NCBI GenBank assembly: GCA_019828565.1 | Contig: JAHDYR010000049.1 | Coordinates: forward strand, 1-11,799 | Direction of reading: 5' to 3' | Length of the DNA: 11,799 bases | DNA from: Carpediemonas membranifera BICM | Taxonomy: Eukaryota; Protista; Fornicata | In this document: positions 1 to 6,836 of the stretch, piece by piece | How positions within the stretch are numbered: position 1 is the stretch's first letter | Layout: each line of letters opens with the position of its first letter | Position numbers and translations under genes: made by a program | The notes under the pieces: model-generated | The model's database searches: none | Told to the model about the DNA's origin: nothing | The model's input: the letters and a program-made list of their open reading frames with translations, nothing else

Positions 1-1
1 A

Positions 2-1240
2 GGACACCACGGCGCCAAGGCTACCATCGAACGCCTGAGAGCAGACGGCTATACCTGGACAGGCTGCACAGCAGATGTCGAGGAGTTCGTCGCCTCATGT
101 GACGAGTGCCAGAAAGCTCGCCTACGCAACTTCGCCGAGGCAGAGCTCCGCACAACAGCAGTGTACAAACCGTTCCACACTGTCGCAGTGGATACTATTG
201 GTCCAATCCCGGCAGACGCAGTCGGCTCCAGATACATCACAGTTATGGTCGATATGTTTACTCGCTACACTGAGTTGGCCGCGACGGACGAGAACACAGC
301 TGATGCAGCGTCAGAGGCCCTCTGGCGCCAGGTGATTACCCGTCATGGGACTCCCCTGTTCATCAAGTCCGACAACGGGCCTGAGTTCACCGGCAACGTC
401 GTCAAGGCCCTGCTCGAAAGCGCGGACATCACCCAGCAATTCACCCTCCCCTACCACCCTCAGTCGAATGGGCTGGTAGAGCGTCGTAACGCGGAGGTCA
501 TGAAGCATCTTCGCTGTTTGATCCTCCAATTCGACAAGTTCTCCCGTTGGAGCGACCTCCTTCCGGTAGTTCAGCTGCTGCTGAACACAACCACCTGCAG
601 CGCCACTGGGGTCACACCCCACGCCATGCTGTATGGAGACCAACTCGACCCCAGCTCCACAGTCGCTAGAATCCTCCGACCGAGCGACAATGACTCGCCC
701 CTTGCCTCAGCCTCAGCCTACATCACTTTACTTCGAGCCCACCTCTCCAAGTTGACCTCTAGGGCGGCCGAGAAGCAGCGCGAGACTGTAGACAAGCGCC
801 TCGCCAAGGCCAACGCCGACCGCCAGCCGACTAGCTTCAAGGAAGGCGACCTCGTCCTGCTCAACCGGACGAAGACCCCAAAGCTGCATGGCTTCGCCGG
901 CCCGTTCAAGATTCTCGCCATCAAGGACAACAACACCCTTCAGCTGGTCGACCTTTTCGAGAGCGCCCCCTTCATGGCTCACGTAGACCAGGTCCTTCCT
1001 TTCAACACCAAGTCGGGGCTCAGCCGCCTGAAGAACCTCGCCGCCTCCGACGAGCAGACGTACGTCGTGCAAGGCATCGAGAAGCACCGTCGCCGCAACG
1101 GCACACTGCAGCTCCTCGTCTGCTGGGAGGGCGACTACGATCCCACATGGGAACCCGCTGACGGGCTCCGCCACGTCACTGCGGCACGTGACTACCTCAA
1201 GTCCCACAAGCTCAAGCTTAAGGGGGGTAGGATGTCATAA
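2..1240 (+). CDS. pol: Pol C-terminus (5'-partial): integrase (zinc finger, DDE core, GPF motif) plus chromodomain
   Basis: The frame is open from base 2: GHHG...CDEC (part of HHCC), VAVDTIG / KSDNGPEF / NGLVERRN (35 residues between the second D and E), FKEGDLVL...KLHGFAGPFKI, and chromodomain YVVQGIEKHR...LLVCWEGDYDPTWEP. Ends TAA 1238-1240. Confidence 0.95.
   Translation, partial: GHHGAKATIERLRADGYTWTGCTADVEEFVASCDECQKARLRNFAEAELRTTAVYKPFHTVAVDTIGPIPADAVGSRYITVMVDMFTRYTELAATDENTADAASEALWRQVITRHGTPLFIKSDNGPEFTGNVVKALLESADITQQFTLPYHPQSNGLVERRNAEVMKHLRCLILQFDKFSRWSDLLPVVQLLLNTTTCSATGVTPHAMLYGDQLDPSSTVARILRPSDNDSPLASASAYITLLRAHLSKLTSRAAEKQRETVDKRLAKANADRQPTSFKEGDLVLLNRTKTPKLHGFAGPFKILAIKDNNTLQLVDLFESAPFMAHVDQVLPFNTKSGLSRLKNLAASDEQTYVVQGIEKHRRRNGTLQLLVCWEGDYDPTWEPADGLRHVTAARDYLKSHKLKLKGGRMS
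1220..1232 (+). other. Polypurine tract of element 1
   Basis: AAGGGGGGTAGGA directly followed by TG; nearly identical to the tract at 1733-1743. Confidence 0.8.
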
Positions 1241-1313
1241 GGCATCCACGTCCGCAGTTTATGTAAATGTTCCAATCTCTTCGCCCCGGCACAGTTCTCT
1301 TCTAGGGACAACA
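1233..1313 (+). repeat. Candidate 3' LTR of element 1 (about 78-81 bp)
   Basis: Starts TGTC right after the PPT. Ends GACA (1310) or ACAACA (1313), followed immediately by coding sequence of another element. The 5' LTR is not in the window, so the right edge is inferred. Confidence 0.6.
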
Positions 1314-1314
1314 G

Positions 1315-1689
1315 GCGGACTGGAAGAACGAAGCCCCTCAAAAACTTGACACACCCCACACAGGTCCGTGGAAGGTGGTAGAGGTACTCCCTAACAACAG
1401 AGCTAAGCTCATGTCGCTAAGCGATAACCGGCTCAAGGCTACGCATATTGACAAGCTGATGAAGTTCGAGACTGATGTTAGCGAAGACCTTATGAGGCAG
1501 CTAGCTGAGTCGGATCAGGAGCAGTACAGAGTCGAAGATATAGTATCTATCGACTGGAAAAAGGGTTCAGCCCGGGTCAAGTGGCTAGGCTACGATGAAT
1601 TGACCGACGAGCCTCTCGGTGCCATAAAGCACCTCGAGATCATCAAGCGTAAGGCACGCAAAGCTCGTAAGTCCCTCGACAAGTACTAA
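1315..1689 (+). pseudogene. Truncated integrase C-terminus plus chromodomain of element 2
   Basis: The frame reads ADWKNEAPQKLDTPHTGPWKVVEVLPNN...THIDKL...LAESDQEQYRVEDIVSIDWKKGSARVKWLGYDELTDEPL. It is colinear with element 1 (KLHGFAGPFKILAIKDNN...AHVDQV...LAASDEQTYVV). It has no real start and begins at the LTR junction. Confidence 0.85.
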
Positions 1690-1732
1690 GTACCCTCTTT
1701 TCCCTTCCTTTAGCAGGTGGGTTTTTCTCGTC

Positions 1733-1743
1733 GAAGGGGGTAG
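1733..1743 (+). other. Polypurine tract of element 2
   Basis: GAAGGGGGTAG followed by TG at 1744. Confidence 0.75.
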
Positions 1744-1910
1744 TGACGTGGGTTTGACCACGATTGACCTTTGGTCCAACTATGCGGATTTCCCCAAGTA
1801 AACGAATTCTCTCTTCACAAGGTGAACTCGTTAAATCACTCTCTGTGTTTCCTGCTGCAACACCTTCTCTCCTTGCTACTTGTGGATCTTAGCGTTACCA
1901 CACGTCTTCA
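1744..1910 (+). repeat. Candidate 3' LTR of element 2 (about 167 bp)
   Basis: Starts TGACGTGG after the PPT and ends CCACACGTCTTCA, an imperfect terminal inverted repeat with TG...CA ends. Confidence 0.6.
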
Positions 1911-1948
1911 GAGTCTTTGACATTGCCTCCAACGTGTTCGTTGTCGCA

Positions 1949-2311
1949 TCATAACGGCTGCCCTTCGCCGTGGTGGCGCTTGAGGGCATAGATTGCCCGG
2001 AGTTGCTTGTCCGTTGTACCGTAGAGGTACTTGGTCATGGCTTTGGCCAGCGAATTGAACTCCTTTGCCACCGCTGTGCGGTGCGCTTCGTTCACGGCAG
2101 CGTCTGGTTCGGCCTTGCCCAGCGTCTCAATCCCCTCGTCAACCCATGCCTTCAGCTCACTGTGAGCCAGCATGAGCTGGATCACGTCGTGGTCGATCAG
2201 GGGCACGGCGTGGACGGGACTTTCGGCGGTTTTGGCGTACAAGGCGCCGTCCCTCGTAAACTTCTTAACCTCGGCGAGGCTGAGACCCTTCAAGGAGGGT
2301 GTTTCGCTCAT
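1949..2311 (-). CDS. Hypothetical 120-aa protein, possibly a truncated or frameshifted gag-like ORF
   Basis: ATG 2311 follows an AT-rich tract. Codon usage is GC-rich and coding-like, and the sequence looks helical (MSETPSLKGLSLAEVKKFTRD...PLIDHDVIQLML). It stops 38 bp short of the element 2 LTR edge. The gag resemblance is impression only. Confidence 0.5.
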   Translation of the reverse strand: MSETPSLKGLSLAEVKKFTRDGALYAKTAESPVHAVPLIDHDVIQLMLAHSELKAWVDEGIETLGKAEPDAAVNEAHRTAVAKEFNSLAKAMTKYLYGTTDKQLRAIYALKRHHGEGQPL

Positions 2312-2370
2312 GTTTAGAAAGTTTTTATATTTATGTTTATACTGCGCAACAACATTCATACAACAGAACG
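2312..2370. promoter_or_regulatory. 59-bp AT-rich divergent (bidirectional) promoter region
   Basis: Lies between opposite ATGs at 2311(-) and 2371(+). Contains TATAAA twice on the minus strand and ends in CAGAACG-ATG. Confidence 0.5.
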
Positions 2371-2907
2371 ATGGAGGATCAACAATTCAAGATTGTTTTA
2401 GTCGGAGCGCAGAAAGCTGGAAAGTCGGCATTTATCGAGCGTTTCCAAGCTGGAACGTTCAGCTCAAAGTACACACGGACGTTGGAGTCGGCATTCATCG
2501 AGAAATACATCAAGATGGAGAATAAGTTGGTCTTAGAGCTTAATTTGTGACACAGTAACCACGCGATGTTCCGCCTCTGGGTATTTTCCGGCAATGAGCG
2601 GATCAGGCCTCTGCTGGACACGTTCTTTCCTGGAACTCACGCCGCCGTCATCTGCTATGACATCAACAACCGCGAGTCCTTCACTGAAATGTCGTATTGG
2701 TACAACGAGCTGGTGAGGCTGTGCCCTGAAGCCATGATTTTTCTCATGGGCTGCAAGAACGACCTCCGTGGCGCCGCGTCTGTTCTTGAAAGCCAGGGTC
2801 TGCAGCAGGCAGCGGCATGGAATGGAGTGCACCTTCTTAGCTCGGCGCAGACTGGGGAAGGCGTTGACGAGGCTGTCAACATCATCGTCAAGAAGATCAC
2901 AGGATGA
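2371..2907 (+). CDS. Atypical Rab-like small GTPase, 168 aa after splicing (exons 2371-2525, 2556-2907)
   Basis: FKIVLVGAQKAGKS (G1), YTRT (G2), LWVFSGNERIRPL (degenerate G3), AAVICYDINNRESF, GCKND (G4), SSAQTGEGVDE (G5). The two in-frame track ORFs are separated by one TGA (2548-2550), which a 30-nt GT-AG intron removes. Confidence 0.88.
2526..2555 (+). other. 30-nt spliceosomal intron
   Basis: GTTGGT...TTTGTGACACAG. Its length is a multiple of 3, it contains the in-frame stop, and its removal restores normal G2-to-G3 spacing. Confidence 0.75.
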
Positions 2908-3055
2908 GGTGAGGGAAACGGCGTTATATCTTTAAATAATAATGCGTCTTGTACGGGCACACCAGTGACCATGGTAAGGTTCTCCAGAGGTGCCAACCAC
3001 TGCCACATCGCGTGTTTTGCCAGATTAGACCAGACTAAACCAAGCCTTGTTCTCG

Positions 3056-3682
3056 ATGGGGAGTGAGGAGGCGCCGCCCACGATGGGCTACTCGCGTTCA
3101 CAGTTCAAGATCTCATGCAAGAAACTGAATGACAAGACGATAGAGAAGCTGTGCAAGGAGATGACGAAGGCCGACATGCACTGCAGCCTTGCACCGAAGG
3201 ACCAGCTCCCGTCAATGACGTTCAACACTATGTTCATGCAGAAGTACTCCGTCTGCGGCCGTCTCCTGGCCACGGGCCGTGGCACACTCGACATTTTCGG
3301 TGTTCCCGACCCCGCGAAGGCGCACAACGCCGTGCTGCAGACGTTCATCCAGGGCATTGAGGCCGCGAAGGCGGTCGGTGAGGTGCGTCTGAAGGACTGG
3401 CGCATGAAGGAGATCCGCGCAGACAAGATGGTCAACCGCCAGGGCGCCATCTCGCTCATCGACCTCGACAAGCTCGCAGCAATCACGGCTGACATCAGCG
3501 TATACTCGCCCGAGCTCGGCGACTCTGTCATGATTATGTGGCACAAGCCCGCGGGCGTCATCACGCGCGTGACAATGATGGGAAAGATCTCCGTCAGCAA
3601 CGCCAAGACCATGGACGACCTGCACGCCGCAATCAGGCTCACACTTGAGCTCAGCCGCCAGTGCGTCAGATCAGCCGGGTGA
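3056..3682 (+). CDS. Highly divergent TATA-binding-protein (TBP)-fold protein, 208 aa
   Basis: The C-terminal half IDLDKLAAITADISVYSPELGDSVMIMWHKPAGVITRVTMMGKISVSNAKTMDDLHAAI aligns by eye to TBP repeat 2 (IRLEGL...[43 protein letters not shown]). The N-terminal half has a weaker repeat (APKDQLPSM...LLATGRGTLDIFGVPDPAKAHNAV). Size fits a TBP core. Confidence 0.72.
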   Translation: MGSEEAPPTMGYSRSQFKISCKKLNDKTIEKLCKEMTKADMHCSLAPKDQLPSMTFNTMFMQKYSVCGRLLATGRGTLDIFGVPDPAKAHNAVLQTFIQGIEAAKAVGEVRLKDWRMKEIRADKMVNRQGAISLIDLDKLAAITADISVYSPELGDSVMIMWHKPAGVITRVTMMGKISVSNAKTMDDLHAAIRLTLELSRQCVRSAG

Positions 3683-4066
3683 TACCCCTGATCTGGGCCT
3701 CAGACTTTAATCTTTTCTCTCCTAATGGCCCGGTTGGTTAGACTCACGGTGATGGTCCTTGCAGGATCCACAATTACGTTGCATTGTTTTTCAATGATAA
3801 AATGCGATTCTTGACTTGTCTGGAAGTTGAGAAAATTTGTCAGAAATTTTTGCGAAAAAAAAGTCACTTCAATCTTCGAAAGCGTTTGTCTCAGTTCCTG
3901 CATCGATGAACCCCAGTACTCACGTGAATGCCAGTTCTAGATGACTTAAGCCAATGGGCAACATCTTGGTCCTGTTCTCCAGAGTTCTCAAACCAACAGT
4001 TTTTGGCTAATGATTCAACATCAACCCTTCATCAATGCATTTATGCCTCTCAGCTTACTTAGAACA

Positions 4067-5419
4067 ATGCGTGAATGCATCTCTATTCACATCGGCCAGG
4101 CCGGTGTCCAGATCGGTAACTCCTGCTGGGAGCTCTACTGCCTCGAGCACGGCATCCAGCCCGACGGCCAGATGCCCTCTGACGAGACCATCGGTGGCGG
4201 TGACGACGCCTTCAACACCTTCTTCTCTGAGACTGGTGCCGGCAAGCACGTCCCCCGCGCCGTCTTCGTCGATCTCGAGCCCACCGTTGTCGATGAGGTC
4301 CGCTCTGGTGTCTACCGCCAGCTGTTCCACCCCGAGCAGCTCATCTCCGGCAAGGAGGATGCTGCCAACAACTACGCTCGTGGCCACTACACCATCGGCA
4401 AGGAGCTCGTTGACCTCGTCCTCGACCGCATCCGTAAGCTCGCTGACAACTGCACTGGCCTCCAGGGCTTCCTGATCTTCCACTCCTTCGGTGGTGGCAC
4501 TGGCTCTGGCTTCGGCTCCCTCCTCCTCGAGCGCCTCTCTGTCGACTACGGCAAGAAGTCCAAGCTCGAGTTCGCTGTCTACCCCTCCCCCCAGGTCGCT
4601 ACCGCTGTTGTCGAGCCCTACAACACCGTCCTCGCCGCTCACTCCATGCTCGAGCACTCCGACTGCGCCTTCATGGTTGACAACGAGGCTATGTACGACA
4701 TCTGCCGCCGCAACCTCGACATCGATCGCCCCACCTACACCAACCTCAACCGCCTGATCGCCCAGTGCATCTCCTCGATCACCGCCTCCCTCCGTTTCGA
4801 CGGTGCCCTCAACGTTGATCTCACTGAGTTCCAGACCAACCTTGTCCCCTACCCCCGTATCCACTTCCCCCTCTGCTCCTACAGCCCCATCATCTCTGCT
4901 GAGAAGGCCTACCACGAGCAGCTCTCCGTTTCCGAGCTCACCAACGCAGTCTTCGAGCCCGCTAACTCCATGGTCAAGTGCGATCCCCGCCACGGCAAGT
5001 ACATGGCCTGCTGCCTCATGTACCGCGGTGATGTCGTCCCTAAGGACGTCAACGCCTCCATCGCTACCATCAAGACCAAGCGCACCATCCAGTTCGTTGA
5101 CTGGTGCCCCACTGGCTTCAAGGTTGGCATCAACTACCAGCCTCCCACCGTCGTCCCCGGCGGTGACCTCGCCAAGGTCCAGCGCTCTTGCCTGATGATC
5201 TCTAACACCACCGCCATCGCTGAGGTCTGGTCCCGCATGGACCACAAGTTCGACCTCATGTACGCCAAGCGTGCCTTCGTTCACTGGTACGTCGGTGAGG
5301 GTATGGAGGAGGGTGAGTTCTCTGAGGCCCGTGAGGATATCGCTGCCCTCGAGAAGGATTACGAGGAGATCGGCGCCGACACTGCCGAGGAGGAGCAGGA
5401 GGAGGAGTTCGAGTACTAA
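4067..5419 (+). CDS. TUBA: Alpha-tubulin, 450 aa, intronless
   Basis: MRECISIH start, GGGTGSG signature, [17 protein letters not shown] and acidic tail EEEFEY. Extreme C-ending codon bias suggests high expression. Confidence 0.99.
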   Translation: MRECISIHIGQAGVQIGNSCWELYCLEHGIQPDGQMPSDETIGGGDDAFNTFFSETGAGKHVPRAVFVDLEPTVVDEVRSGVYRQLFHPEQLISGKEDAANNYARGHYTIGKELVDLVLDRIRKLADNCTGLQGFLIFHSFGGGTGSGFGSLLLERLSVDYGKKSKLEFAVYPSPQVATAVVEPYNTVLAAHSMLEHSDCAFMVDNEAMYDICRRNLDIDRPTYTNLNRLIAQCISSITASLRFDGALNVDLTEFQTNLVPYPRIHFPLCSYSPIISAEKAYHEQLSVSELTNAVFEPANSMVKCDPRHGKYMACCLMYRGDVVPKDVNASIATIKTKRTIQFVDWCPTGFKVGINYQPPTVVPGGDLAKVQRSCLMISNTTAIAEVWSRMDHKFDLMYAKRAFVHWYVGEGMEEGEFSEAREDIAALEKDYEEIGADTAEEEQEEEFEY

Positions 5420-5558
5420 GCTTCCGATAAACCTGAGTTCCAATGTGTTTCTTACGGCAGCGGAGGTTTGCGTCATCATAAACAACGCCTGCCATTTATA
5501 TGTCCACATGTACAGCTCAAGATCAAGGCTCGAGGGAGCGGTCATCAAAGAATCCTGG

Positions 5559-6350
5559 TCACCCGCGCCAACAGAGAAGGGCAAGGACCCCGGCCACGGC
5601 CCCCGCCACCAGCCCGTGGCCTCCGCTCAGCAGCGCCCCCAGACCTGCCGCCATCAACAGAACGGCCACAAGCTCCGGACTCATCGGTGCTGCTCCAGGA
5701 GCCTCACTGAGTTCAACAACTGGCGCTGTCGCCTCCACAGGCATACGAGGCGGGTCGGGTGTCGGGCCCTTGACTGGACTCGGCGGGGGAAGGGACGGCG
5801 TGACCGTGATCGTCTGGGCGACGGGGTCTGGAAACACCCACGGGTCTTTGAGCACGGCGCGGGTCTGTTCCATGCCCGGCGGGAAATCTAGCAAGTCGAC
5901 GATGTCCGGGCAGCCGTGGAGAGTGCCGCGCCAAGCAGCTGCGTTATCCAGAGGGGACGACACAAGGGGGCCGTGCGAATAAGGGCGGAGGTTTCCATTA
6001 GTGCTGTCTACTTGCACTATGCCGTTCATTATGGCCTGGTCGACGAGCGTCGTGGCCGCAGACTCGCCGTACGTCTCGAGTGAGGGCCAGTTGCTCTGTA
6101 GATGCTGGATGAGCATTCCTGGTGCAACGCCAGTAAAACCATCGCCGAATAGAGCTATCGCTTGGTCCGTATAGTGTAGGAACTGCTCCCAAGCGTCGTC
6201 CGCGGGTGAATCGGCTGTGGCTACCGAAGGACGAGCTAAAGACTCGATTGGAAAGAGACTGGGGAGTTCCGATAGTGGTAGCTCAAAGTTAAGCTCTTCG
6301 CCATCATCTATAGGGCCGCAGTACGAGTTGAAATCATCCAGGAGATCCAT
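5559..6350 (-). CDS. Hypothetical protein (~263 aa) with acidic N-terminus, Pro-rich linker and C-terminal hydrophobic segment(s)
   Basis: Long ORF convergent with tubulin. The likely start is MDLLDDF (6350; alternative ATG 6392). It ends VAVLLMAAGLGALLSGGHGLVAGAVAGVLALLCWRG. Confidence 0.7.
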   Translation of the reverse strand: MDLLDDFNSYCGPIDDGEELNFELPLSELPSLFPIESLARPSVATADSPADDAWEQFLHYTDQAIALFGDGFTGVAPGMLIQHLQSNWPSLETYGESAATTLVDQAIMNGIVQVDSTNGNLRPYSHGPLVSSPLDNAAAWRGTLHGCPDIVDLLDFPPGMEQTRAVLKDPWVFPDPVAQTITVTPSLPPPSPVKGPTPDPPRMPVEATAPVVELSEAPGAAPMSPELVAVLLMAAGLGALLSGGHGLVAGAVAGVLALLCWRG

Positions 6351-6623
6351 CGACAAGCTTATCCTGCGCGCCCAAAAACCGATGACATGCATGAGGGTAT
6401 GCCAGAGTTAGAATGACACCCTTTTTAGCGACTATACGGAGTATGGTTGGAGTTGACTGCCTCAAAAGTGGTTCCCTCCTTGGTTAAATATTCGAAATCG
6501 TCGAAACGTCACGCGCTATGGAGAAACCGTGCCGCTTGAAATATGATAAGGTGCAGATAATTGAGGGTGGAGACCACGTGAAGCTGAGAAGAAGCAAATT
6601 CTCGAGCGGCGTACCACTTCCTG

Positions 6624-6757
6624 GGTCGACCAGTCTAGGCTAGCTCCTCGACTTTATCACGTCACATGCGGAGGAACTCACTGATGGTCGACCTCTAGGA
6701 TCTTAACCAACGCCTACTGGACGCACTTAATTTGACGCGCCTTCGTTATGGTCGACC
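6624..6757. repeat. Three GGTCGACC palindromes at 62/64-bp spacing
   Basis: Copies at 6624-6631, 6686-6693 and 6750-6757, with partly shared flanks (AT before copies 2 and 3; AG after copies 1 and 3; TCTAGG shortly after copies 1 and 2). Confidence 0.55.
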
Positions 6758-6836
6758 AGAGACGACTGAAATCAAGTCGTTGAGCTAGACGTATCGAAGC
6801 AAAGTATCAACGCTCTATTTATGGTTGTCTTTCCGC

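Larger units (their letters stand above)
1..1313 (+). mobile_element. Ty3/Gypsy chromovirus-type LTR retrotransposon, element 1 (3' end; 5' part outside window)
   Basis: Integrase-chromodomain ORF, then a purine tract AAGGGGGGTAGGA (1220-1232) directly abutting TGTCA (1233). A TG...CA unit ends where a different integrase frame begins (~1314). Confidence 0.88.
1314..1910 (+). mobile_element. Second, distinct chromovirus element (3' remnant), apparently interrupted by element 1
   Basis: Integrase C-terminal motif plus chromodomain, PPT GAAGGGGGTAG (1733-1743), then TGACGTG...CACGTCTTCA. Confidence 0.8.

Noticed and set aside
49-1207. Alternate-frame and antisense ORFs over the integrase
   Set aside because: They overlap a clearly identified pol frame and have no independent support.
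2548-2550. TGA read as Trp or Sec in the Rab-like gene
   Set aside because: TGA terminates several genes here, TGG is used for Trp, and a 30-nt GT-AG intron removes the stop while restoring domain spacing.
3831-3862. A/T-rich inverted repeats (AAAATTT...AAATTTT; TTTTT-GCGA-AAAAA) as a terminator or RNA hairpin
   Set aside because: The stems are low-complexity and A/T-only. They are more simply an AT-rich intergenic or promoter tract, and bacterial-type terminators are not expected here.
4010-4066. 19-aa N-terminal extension of tubulin from ATG 4010
   Set aside because: Alpha-tubulins start at the conserved MREC, and ATG 4067 has the AGAAC start context shared with other genes.
4055-5584. 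509-aa antisense ORF and several alternate-frame ORFs over alpha-tubulin
   Set aside because: These are shadows of the extreme C-ending codon bias of tubulin and show no recognisable protein features.
6624-6757. CRISPR array
   Set aside because: Only an 8-10 bp core is shared among three units, the context is eukaryotic, and there are no cas genes. Kept only as an unexplained periodic motif.
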